DNA from: Rhizodiscina lignyota
Taxonomy: Eukaryota
NCBI GenBank assembly: GCA_010015805.1
Contig: ML978121.1
Span: 1 to 64,000 of the forward strand
DNA: 64,000 nucleotides
Direction: 5' to 3'
A model generated the notes under the pieces. The model saw only the letters and a program-made list of their open reading frames with translations. It was not told the DNA's origin and searched no databases. Positions 1-10,988 of this stretch are shown in pieces. Each line of letters opens with the position of its first letter. Within the stretch, counting starts at the first letter, position 1. The position numbers and the translations under genes are program-made.

Positions 1-685
1 GTACCTTAGTACCCGGATTTAGGTGCTTTAGTACCCGCCTCTAGGTGGCCCACCACCTGTAATCAGGTACTAAGCCGCCACGGCCAGAACTTAGGCAGCT
101 ACGACTTTGGGTGCGTGCTAGGCCCGAGCTTAGGTGCGCTGGTACCCGCCCTCTAGGTGCGTGAGTGCACGCATCAGCAGGTCCGTGCACCCGTTCGGCT
201 CGGCACGGAGGCACCCAAGCACCTAGGCTCGCTGTAGGTGACCGAACGGACTGCTTGAGCAGGTTATGCACGAGGAGAGTGAGGTGCTCCGTTGACTGCA
301 GAGCTGAGGGCGTGCCATTCTAATGTACAAGCTCCCAGCCTCCCTATTTCAACACGAGCACGCCTGATGTTTACTCGTAATATATATTATAGATCTATCA
401 GACGGAAGTTGCTAACTGCTACGGAAGTTGCAGATCACGTGACTTGGGACGTCTGACTTAGATGTGTAATTAACGTTAAAGAGTGCTATTATTTATGCTG
501 AGAATTAGGTGAATACTAGAGTAGAACAGTTAATTAATTAAAGCTAGAACAGGTGCAAAGTACTCTTATATATACAAGAATTAGAGAGGTTGGTACCTAG
601 TGGCTAGGTGCTAGCTACCTAGAAACAGGGTTGCTAGCCACCCTAGTCTCCTATTTTCAACAATTTGACTACTTTATTATGTAAC

Positions 686-1338
686 ATTCTAAAGGTAGAG
701 AGCTAAACTAAAGAAGCTTGTATAAACGAGGTGTATAACTTTAGACTTTACGAATTCAGTTATCCGGCCTAGGGTATTCCTAATCGAAAGTTGTATATAT
801 TCGTTACAGGCTGTAATCGACGTTAAAAAGCGTGTTATTTAAGTACTTTATTATAAAAGATTCTAAAGGTAGAGAGCTAAACTAAGGAAGCTTGTAAAGA
901 ATATATACAACTCCCGATTAGGAACACCCTAGGCTAGATAAACATACTACTAGGCCGGATAACTATATTACTAGACTAGACATCTAAATTCGTAAAGTCT
1001 AAAGTTGTAACTTTATTTATATAACTCTTTAAGCAAGTAATAGTTCTTTTTACTCTTTTAGCCTGTCTAGCAAGTAGTATTTAGTAAGCAAATAATTAAA
1101 TCTAGCTAGAAATAACTAGGGATTTAGCTACTTAATCTAGAGTCTGTTTGTAATCGACGTTAAAGAGTGTGTCATTTGAGTGCTTTGTTACAAAAGATTC
1201 TAAAGGTAGAGAGCTAAACTAAGGAAGCCTGTAAAGAATATATACAACTCCTAATTGGGAACACCCCGGGCTGGATAAACATACTACTAAGCCAGACATC
1301 TGAATCCGCGAAGTCTAAAGTTGTACACCTCGTTCACA
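686..1338. repeat. Three copies of a composite repeat: shared flank ATTCTAAAGGTAGAGAGCTAAACTAA(G/A)GAAGC plus a ~90-130 bp TG..CA unit (solo-LTR-like)
   Basis: The unit TGTAAAGAATATATACAAC...CCTCGTTCACA is at 1230-1338 and 893-~1021 (forward) and at 721-808 (reverse complement). TGTAATCGACGTTAAA starts at 812 and 1149, with a degenerate copy near 465. Confidence 0.75.
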
Positions 1339-1904
1339 CTGTTATATAATAAGTTAAACCTCCTTTTTAGCCTCTATTAAGCGACTTAGCAATCTTAAAG
1401 ACTTTAACACTCTTAGTATCTAAATAGAAGAAGGTAAAAGACCTTTTATATAACTCTATAAATGCGCATTCTAATTAGAAGATTCTTAATACAATCTAGT
1501 ATCTCATATTTAAACTATATTAACTTAAAAGTAAAAGAGATAGACTAAAACTATAAGGGAGATTTGCGAACAAGGAGCCTTTCTAGCCTGTTTCCGGCCT
1601 GGCTTTAAGGCTACACCGAGCACTTCCTTATAAAAACTAGTAATAAGTATAGAAAAGCTTAAAAGCTATTAAGACACGCTGTTATTTAACTGTATTTAGG
1701 ATAAATCTAACTATAAAGCTATAATATACTCTCTATTAACAGTCTAGCTAGTATAAGAGAAAATAGCTAAAGAGATTCAATAACAATAAGAGGATAGTCT
1801 AATTGCCTATACGCATTGCTTCGTATTAGGGGAAGAGGGCAATGTCACGTGATATGCTTAGTCATAAGGTACGCGACGTGAATAGGATATTAAATTCATT
1901 AAGT

Positions 1905-2070
1905 ATATGCTTATTTAGTACTTATATACCTACTTATTCTATGCCTTTACGCCTACTTATTTAGTACTTACTAGCTAGCTTAAATACCTGCTATTTTAAT
2001 GCTTATAGCTTACTTAGGTACTTAATAGCTAGCTTAGATACTTATAGCTTACTTAAGTACTTACTAGTAT
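1905..2070. repeat. Degenerate tandem repeats of a CTTA-rich ~35 bp unit
   Basis: Recurrent CTTATTTAGTACTTA / CTTATAGCTTACTTA(G/A)GTACTTA / TAGCTAGCTTA motifs. Confidence 0.55.
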
Positions 2071-2861
2071 AGCGGAAACGCACACGCATTTAGTGATGTA
2101 CTTATAAGACGGCTAGTCGCTCCGCGACTAGCTTAGGCTACGAAGTAGGGTACAAGAAATTAAGAGTAGAATGAGGTAGTAAATAAGCATCTCCTTATAA
2201 GGTAGAAACTCCTGTTATTGTTGTAGTGACTATGCGAAGCATAGTCTTAAATCTGAGCGTTGTTCTATTAAAATGTCAGGGCTTGCCCTGACATCTCAGT
2301 ATGGAAGCATGGCTAAGCCTAAAGAGGAAGTCTAACCCGAACGCCGTTTTACACTACTACACTATCACCAAATTAAATTTAAAGCTATTATCTCTTATAG
2401 TTGTTAAGAAATCGAGCTCTAAAGTTAGTAGTAAAGTTAAAGAATAGGAGATCATAAGGTGGTATAGATCACGTGACAGGGGGATCCTCTAATAGAGCTC
2501 AGACATTCGCCATTCACCCCTGTCCATAGATTGACTCGGTGACTGGCCAACTAAAATAGATAGCATTACATGTTTATCTCACGTGATTTTATTTTAACTC
2601 GGAACGCGCAATCTCGCGGAAGTGGGAGGACTCCGTACTCGAGCACGCCTATAGGAGCCTAACACGGTCGGCTTTGCCCTATTTGCGGGCAAATCCTTCG
2701 AACCAAATGTAACCCCGCCTTAGACAGCATCAGCTAAAATCAGCACGACCTTAGCGGGCTAAAGTTGGCTACCGGTCTAGCGCGTCAGAATCGACTTTAT
2801 ATGTACAAGTCGCCCTGCCTAGAATATCGACCGTCCTACAGTACCTCAGTCATTCTTCAAC

Positions 2862-4562
2862 ATGGGTGTACTACTACTCTTACCGCCGGTTGTGGCAGCA
2901 ATTTTCACAATCTACTGTGCAGTTGCGCACGTAAGACAAGTAGCGAAGGCGAAATCTTTCGGTTGCCAACCAGCACCACTCTTTCGACCTTGGGATGTAT
3001 TTGGCGTGCAGAATTTCAAGATTGAGATGAACGGAATGAAGACAAACCGCTTATCTTATGCCTTCTTAGATCGCAAGAAAGAAATGAGCGCAAAGATAGG
3101 ACGAGACTGTAAAACATTCCGAATAAAATATCCACCGGGAGACACGTGGTTCTACACCTTCGACCCGAAGAATCTGCAGGCTGTGCTAGCGACTCAGTTT
3201 CAAGATTTTCAGCAGCCAGCGGCTAGAGTAGGAGCGTTCGAGGCGCTTCTAGGTCTTGGTATTGTACGTTTTACGACTTAAAAACATACGCAGAGCTAAT
3301 TGCAACAGTTCTCAGCGAACGGACCTAAATGGGAACACTCTCGAGCTCTTCTAAGACCGCAATTCATGCGTGAACAGATAGCTGATCTGGGGCTCTTCGA
3401 AACCCATGTCAAAGACCTCTTTAGTGCCCTCCCAGGTGCCGTGGAGCCTGGTGACTGGACCCCGACTTTCGATATGCAACCGCTATTGGAGCGTTTTACA
3501 ATGGATACTGCCACAGAGTTTCTCTTTGGCGAAAGCGTGCATAGCCAGAAAGATGATAGTACAGATACGAGTACTTTGTTCTCTAAGAAGGAGATGATGC
3601 AGTTCGTAGAGGCCTTCTTCGGAGCAGAGAAGACAACAGCGAAATCTTTGATATACGGCGACCTATTCTGGCTTATACACAATCGCAAGTTCAAGGAACA
3701 GTGTAAAGCTGTTCATGACTTCGTCGATACATATGTCCAGCGCCATTTGAGGGACGGTGGCTCGGATAAAAAGCCAGGCACGGGAAAGTTCGTCGTTCTG
3801 GATGCTATTATCGCTGACGTGAAGGATCCGCAGGAGCTTCGCTCTCAGCTGTTGAACATCCTTCTGGCAGGCAGCGACACCATCTCAGGAACTCTTGGCT
3901 TCCTTTTGGCCTCATTGGCACAATATCCTCATATTTTCAAGAAGCTTCGTAACATCATCATAGACGACTTTGGATCCTTCGATCGACCGAAGCAGATCAC
4001 GCTCAGCGGACTCAAGAACTGCTCATACCTTCAATGGTGCTTAAACGAAGTTCTTCGAGTCTACCCTTCGGTTCCGGTCAACTTCCGTGAGGCCGTTAGA
4101 GACACAACACTGCCCGTGGGTGGTGGCTCCGATGGGACTTTACCAGTATTTATACCCAAAGGTCACCTTGTTGCTTGGGAGGTACGTCTCTGCGTCTTGT
4201 CATCACCAATATGCCTCTGCCTTCTCCTCAGTGCTGACATCTCTTCTGTCAAGCTTTGGACAATGCACTCAGACCCAGAACTTTGGGGCCCTGATGCTGA
4301 CCGCTTCTATCCAGAACGATGGGAGGGGCGCAAACTTGGATTCAACTACCTCCCATTCAACGCTGGCCCTCGAATATGTATCGGACAACAATTCGCCCTT
4401 GCTGAGCTTGCCTATGTTACAGTCAGGCTCCTACAAAAGTTCGACTCAATTGATGGACCAGCCTTGCCAAAAGGACGACTGCCCTGTGATTGGAAATTGG
4501 TAGATAAAGTGGTCGGGGGCGTGAATATAAAGCTTCACTGCGCAAACAACCATTTGCGATAG
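2862..4562 (+). CDS. Cytochrome P450, CYP52-like (alkane/fatty-acid hydroxylase clan); 3 exons
   Basis: Introns 3264-3308 and 4182-4253 (GTACGT..AG with CTAA/CTGAC branch). Motifs LLGLGIFSANGPKWEHSRALLRPQF, I-helix AGSDT, EVLR, PERW and heme FNAGPRICIG. Confidence 0.92.
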
Positions 4563-5117
4563 CATCATCGACTGATCTGAAGATCTGCCTTCGAAAATAG
4601 TACAAAGTAACTTAGCTTTGCTATAGAATGATGGCCTCCGCAAAATCGGGCATAGAAGCGACAACGCGATGTGCTTTTCGAGGTCGTTGGGGTAAGGGCT
4701 GGTCGGGGGTGCTGTTATAACATCACAGGTATCAACGCACGAGAGACCTCGCTGGGCTCAGTTAGAGCTGACGGGGGCCGTTAGGGATAATCATCCTTCG
4801 ATTGGAAGATATCGGTCGGCGTGCCACGTCGCACGATTGACCGGAGCTACGGCATCATAAGGCTGATGATAGCTTCTGAACGTCATAGTGATGCTCCAAG
4901 GCTCCTGCCCGACTGATTCGTGAGCAACAAGAGTGGTTACGGCGGGGTGGTGGAGCTGTGGTGCCATGGCTTGTTGTTGAGGCTGGATTCTGGATATAGA
5001 ACAGCATACGCCCACCTTAGTTCTACAGTCAATGAAGCATCTTATTCGCCTTATGCATAATCTATTTCAGTAGTCTACCGTTCGGGGCATTTGTAAAGCT
5101 CCAAATAACCGCCGTAA

Positions 5118-7231
5118 TTAATACGATCGCGCCTTTGGTGGTACACTCTGCGTAGGCGTTAGAACCCGACTGGTCAGCTAGGAGCATTATGTGGCGACGT
5201 ACTGGACATTCCTTCTCATCTAGTGTCTGCATATTCACATTCCGGGACCCAACCGAAACAGGCTCTCCGACATCGATCTGCCAGCTTAGTGAATGCTTCA
5301 ACCACTTGGAATCGTCTCTCTCCGGGAAATCTTCCCGAGCGTGAGAGCCCCGGCTCTCTGTACGCGCTAACGCAGATGCGACAGTCTGTGCAGCATTTGT
5401 TAAAAGGTTCCGTGTCTCGAGGCACTCCACAAGGTCCGAATTCCATATTAGCGACTTGTCGCGTACGCCTAAACGGGTCTGGAACTCTGCCTCCACCTGC
5501 CTCAAGCTCTGCGAGCCCGACTCCAGGATCTCCTGTGTTCGAAAGACACTACACTGGTGTTAGTATGCTTGATCACCACAAGCCGGATAGGAACATGGTA
5601 CCTCGCGTTTTCCTGCATCACCTTTTGCATATCGCCTCGGACTTTCGCAGTGAGAACATCCCCGTCTGCGGCCCTGACCCGCTCCATCTCGCGGAACGAC
5701 TCGAACCCAACGTGCTCTGGCGCTTGCACTTGCGGCATGCCGCGGTCAGAATGATCTGCGATATCCAAGGCACAGGCTCGTCCAAAAACAACGATGTCGA
5801 GGAGCGAATTCGCGCCAAGTCGATTGGCACCGTGCACGCTGACACAGGCCGATTCACCAGCGGCGTACAGTCCCGGTACCTCGATCTCTTCAGCTGAGTC
5901 TGGCGCAACCGTAAGAACGCGGCCTTTGTAGTTGGTGGGGATGCCGCCCATGCAGTAGTGGACTGTGGGCAATACGGGTATTGGCTGATTCGTGATGTCT
6001 ATCCCAGCAAAGATCGATGCGGTTTCAGCGATACCTGGTAATCTCTCCATGATAATGTCTTTCGGTAGATGCGAAAGCTGAAGATACACGTGGTCCTTCT
6101 CGGGCCCGACGCCACGCCCATCCCGAATCTCCATTGTCATGGACCTCGATACGACGTCTCTACTTGCTAAGTCCTTCGCTGTCGGGGCGTATCGCTCCAT
6201 AAACCGCTCGCCCTCGCTGTTTAGCAAGTACCCGCCTTCGCCTCTCGCTCCCTCGGTTATGAGCACGCCAGCGCCGTATATTCCGCTTGGATGGAACTGT
6301 ACGAATTCCATGTCCTGCAACGGTAGGCCCGCTCTTGCTGCCATTGCCCCGCCGTCGCCCGTGCTCGTATGCGCAGATGTCGCTGAGAAGTAAGCTCGGC
6401 CATATCCTCCTGTTGCTAAGACTGTGTTCCTCGCAAAGAATCGATGGAGGGTGCCATCTTCCATGGATAGAGCAGTTACACCAACGCATTGGCCGTCGAC
6501 CATCATGAGGTCCATGGCAAAATATTCGACGAAGAAATTGCAGTTGTGCTTCAGACTCTGGCCGTACAGCGTGTGAAGCATAGCATGCCCCGTGCGATCC
6601 GCTGCACAACATGTCCTGTACGCCTGGCTCTTCCCATAGTCGACGCTCTGCCCCCCTAAAGCGCGTTGATAGATCGATCCGTCTCGTGTCCGACTGAAGG
6701 CCATGCCGTAGTTCTCCAACTCCACGATCGCGGCCACCGCTTCTCTCGTCATGTAATGTATCGCGTCTTGGTCGCCCAGCCAATCGCTCCCTTTGACGGT
6801 GTCGTAATGATGGAAGAGGTAGGAGTCGGGGTGCATGTTGCCTAGTGCAGCGTTGATTCCTCCCTGTGCCGCCACCGTGTGAGATCTCGTCGGAAACAGC
6901 TTCGTCAGACAGGCAGTATTGAGTCCAGCCTCTGTTAAGCCAACAGCTGCTCTAAGACCTGCACCGCCCGCCCCGACGACCAGAGCGCTGTGCGATTGTT
7001 AGTGCAATATGTGCTGCTTGGATCGGCGACGTACTCATATCTGTGGTCCACCACCGGAATGCCAATGGCATCGGACAGTCGCGTGGATGTGCTCGCCCTC
7101 CTGCTTTGTGTGTATGATGAATTGAATCGCGCGCAACATCGTAGAGGCTGCCTCGCAGCTGGAACTTTACTCGGAATGGCTCTTGCAAGTGTCAACTTGT
7201 CCGTGCCTCGAAAGACCCGTAGACAGCGCAT
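5118..7231 (-). CDS. SDH1: Succinate dehydrogenase flavoprotein subunit (SdhA/Sdh1 family, probably a divergent paralogue); 4 exons
   Basis: Introns 6988-7034, 5549-5601, 5148-5202. FAD-binding VVGAGGAG, covalent-FAD motif [44 protein letters not shown]-terminus SVPPKARSY*; Arg/Ser-rich mitochondrial presequence. Confidence 0.93.
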
Positions 7232-7726
7232 CTCGACTGCCCTGGAGGATGTGAGGCGATGAGAAGTGCCATCCAAAGTGTCGATGGCGCATTTCGAGTG
7301 CACCCCGCGTGGAAAACCATGTTTGGTATCTGTCGACGCCGAAAGCGGGCGGCTTTGCTTGCGAGGTGAAACGACATCGGAGACGGCGCTTAGTCAGCGG
7401 CCGAAACGGGAGAATTGACGATTTCCTGAAAATGAAATAGAAAATTGCCAGCCGAAGCATCAACGAGATCTTCTCCTACTTTTGTGCGGTGACAAAGATG
7501 GTATTCTTTCATATATGAACCGAGTGTGGAGGGCTATTCAACTACGATAAGCCGCAGCGAGGGTTGACAAGAGTCTAGCGAAGGGTCTCGCATGCTCTAT
7601 TTACATTAGCTATGTAGGTTCTGAAGCTATCTGTTTCTGCGCCCGGCGAAGATGCGCACTGTGACTCTCAGCAACTTTCGTCAACATTTCGGATGTGTGA
7701 AGAAGACCTTGATCGGGATCTTTCTG

Positions 7727-10700
7727 TCAGTGTCCTTTGTGTATGTTCTTCTTCGCGAGCAAGAACTTTATTCTAGAGTGGCCGATCGCTCCCTGCAGGC
7801 ACTTCACCAAGACTTCGTCTTCCACCACCTCGGGAATACCGCCCACTATTGCATCAACTGTCACTCCTTCGCCACCTTCCGCGTGAAAAATGTCTGGATT
7901 GATATGTTGGTATTCCATGAGTTGGCCCACCTGGTTTGCCTTGGCTTCGGTCATCCTTGAATGCTTCTTCGCTTTGTGAGAACGGATCCAGCGTTCCTGT
8001 TCGTCGACATCGAGCTTGTCGACTGTGATGAATGTGCCGATATCTGGTAGGTCATCGTCCGAAGACTCAGTTGCACCGGATTCAGTACTGCCGTCCCTTG
8101 ATGAGGCCGATGTGGAACTCTCCTCGCTGGAAGTTGCAGACTTTGAGAGGGGGGATGTTGGAGGGACCCCCAATCCGCCACATGAGCATTCGAGCAGTTC
8201 ATGAGTCATGCATACGCCGCTCTCATCAAAGCTGAACAAGTCTCGCAGTTCGTCTCTTGAGAAGCTCGATGCGTTTGTTTTGTTATCGACCACGCTGTCT
8301 GACAGCCCAAGCTTGGCTGCCTGTCTCTGGAAGATCTTCTCGTCGATTCCGCCCATAAGGAGAAGCCGGTAAATGTAGCAAGGGCGTTCCTGGCCATCGC
8401 GGTGTATACGCGCCATGGCTTGAAGGTCAGTACTCGGATTCTAAAGCGCGTCATCAGCGTGGCACAGCTCTTTCTGCAATAGAATACACCCACCCAGTCG
8501 GCGTCGAACATGATAAGCCTGTTCGCGCCGATCAAGTTAAGCCCAACGCCTCCGGCTCGTGCGGACAGCAAGAAAACAAAGCATCGCTCCACGGACACTT
8601 TGTTGAATTCATCTACTATTGGCTGTCGCTTGGACTCGGCTACCGTCCCATCAAGGCGAAGAAAGCCGTAGTTCGACAGTTGGCGTCCGATCATGTCTAG
8701 TGTTGATGTGTAATTTGAGACAATGACTACCTTGTCATTCGGCGCCGTTTTGCGAATGCCTTTGAGCAGGGCGTCTAGAACTAGCAGCTTCGCTGAGGGC
8801 CCAACGTTCGAAGGCCCCGCGCTATTGCACAGCTGCCTCAAAGTGTTGATTAATTGCAGGCTAGCCTGATTGTTCTCGAGCGACATAAGGCATTCATTTG
8901 ACGAAACCATTTCGCGGTACTTCTCCGCCTGGGCTCCGTCGGGTTTGCAGAAGAGCACGTATTCAGTTTTCTGTGGAAGGAACTGAGCAATGACATCCGC
9001 TGTCCGTCGGAGAATGAACTGATCTGTAAGCACTTTGAGCTCTTTCGCGCGGCCCGTACCCTTTTGAATGTCACTTTCTGACGCGTCTGGTTGTTGGCTT
9101 TTCAGGATCGGCTTCTCAAATTCGCGTTGGAAAGCGGGTTTCTTCCCCAGGAGACCCGGGTTGATGAGGTCAATCATTGCAAAGTACTCACTGAGGTCGT
9201 TCTGCATCGGGGTTCCGGTCAGAACGACCCTCTTCTCCGTGTTCAGAGACCTGATGGCTTTGGCGCACAAGTTTGTTTCGGTCTTAAGACGGTGTCCTTC
9301 ATCCATGATGACAATGTCGACAGCCTGGCCCAGTTGCTCGTCTTCACAAATGGTGCGTAGTCTTTCATATCCAATTATCATGATTTGGTATGCCTTCCCC
9401 TTAGTGAAGTCGGTCAGGCTTCCTCCGCCCTTTTCGGTGTTGAGAGCAAAGACACCAAGTCTCTCTTTGCCCAACCACTTCCAGAACTCCTTCCGCCAAT
9501 TCTTGATCAGTGTCGCAGGACACACGATAAGCGCCTTTTTGGCTATCGGAGGATCCTCGTAGATCGGGTTTTGCTTGAGCAAAGTCCAGAGCAATGCAAT
9601 TGTCTGCAGTGTCTTGCCAAGGCCCATCTCGTCAGCGAGGATTGCGCCTTCGCTAAGTGCGCCACGCATTCCCATTACACACTCGTACAAAAATGCTACA
9701 CCCTCGCGTTGGTGCTGACGAAGATGTTTCGTTAAGATGGGATCCACCACTACATCGACGATTCGCTTGCCTCTTGGCACAGAGGTTGGTCGCTTCATCA
9801 CCAGGGCGCCTTCTGCGTTTGGGTCATGTCGAGGTTGCGGCGCTTCATTAGGCCCAACCTTGGGCAGGACGGTATTCGAGAGCAGTGGCGTCTTGAATTT
9901 AGATCTCGTAGACGGCGGAGCTTCAGCGAAGGTGGTGCTTTTGGCCTGAAGCTTGTCCAGCTTGTCCAGGGCGTTCTGTGCTTTCCGGCTGAGTTTTGCC
10001 TGCTTGGGGTCTGGAATGTCGGGGCAGTTGTCGAGGACGCGCTTGCGTTTACGCAGATGCGCCATTTCTACGTCAGAAGATTCGACCCCTTCGTGGGCCG
10101 CTGTTACAATAGCTCTGACAACCGACGCAGTTGTGAGAACCGTCTTTCTGAGGAAAGGCTTTCCCGCGAGAAAATCCTGCTTCGAGATGACGGACTCAAT
10201 TTGGACCGTCATGCCGCCCAAATTCAACTCAGAATCCACTTCTGGCACTTTTTCGGATGTGGATGAAGATTTCCTCAAGGCCTTGCCGGAAAGATCCTGA
10301 AGGAGCATCGAGCCCGCCGCGAGAGAAAGGACACCGTCACCGTCCCAAGTCTTGTTCTTTTTCAGGGTCATCTTGCGCCTGTACCTGTGAGAATGACATT
10401 CCAGCCAGTGTGATTGAGTCATCTGCAACGCACCATAAGACCATAAAATATCCCTCCGGTCCAGATTGCTGCTCGACTGCCCGGTTCTCAATCGGCTTGT
10501 TGAATAACAGGAGGGGTTTTTGTAACTTCGCTAGAAATTTGTTGGTCGACGCTTTCACGAGGGGCACTGCATCCTTAATAGCTGCAGCGTTCTCGTCTTC
10601 ATCACCAGACCCGGGAATTTCAGCAACGGCGTGCTCAATGATCTTGCGTGGGTTCCTGAAGCCCGGTCGCCGATCCTCCGCTGGCAGAGTCAAGGTGCCT

Positions 10701-10735
10701 CTTAATAGAGGTGGTTTGAACGGCTTATTTGCCAT
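7727..10735 (-). CDS. RDH54: Rad54-family SNF2 DNA translocase Rdh54/Rad54B; 3 exons
   Basis: N-terminal KPFKPP and WRK..KKNKTWDGDG; ILADEMGLGKT, DEGH, LTGTPMQNDL, AGGVGLNLIGA, DADW|NPSTDLQAMAR. Introns ~10379-10433 and 8441-8493. Confidence 0.9.
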
Positions 10736-10842
10736 GGTTGAGTTTGCGGTTCGGACTGACGTACGATGGAGGATGCATCGACGTGGAATTGAGGTAAAGG
10801 ACGTGTCTCGGAGAAAGCCGGAACACGCGCTAAAATGCGAGA

Positions 10843-10850
10843 TCACGTGA
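10843..10850. promoter_or_regulatory. E-box TCACGTGA (bHLH Cbf1-type site) upstream of RDH54
   Basis: Perfect palindrome ~110 bp upstream of the RDH54 ATG, beside an ACGCG element. Confidence 0.35.
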
Positions 10851-10988
10851 TGCTGTAGGAACACCCATCCGTCCGCTTCGAACCTTCATCTCAAGATTTC
10901 TGGCGGATACGAAGTGGGTCTGGCTTTAGAGTATATAATTACATGGCTCGGGATGCACTTGACTTAATATCACGGCATATCTTCACTG

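Larger units (their letters stand above)
1..2700. mobile_element. RIP-degenerated transposable element debris (AT-rich block)
   Basis: Strongly AT- and TpA-rich with no long ORF. Internal repeat copies (812-1021 vs 1149-1338) differ mainly by C>T/G>A transitions, the RIP signature. Confidence 0.8.

Noticed and set aside
41..271. 76-aa ORF at the window start
   Set aside because: Lies in RIP-like repeat debris with no recognisable domain.
1..2700. Possible Starship boundary, centromere or CRISPR-like array
   Set aside because: No tyrosine-recombinase captain or other diagnostic gene. Repeats are irregular with no unique spacers. The AT block is explained by RIP'd TE fragments.
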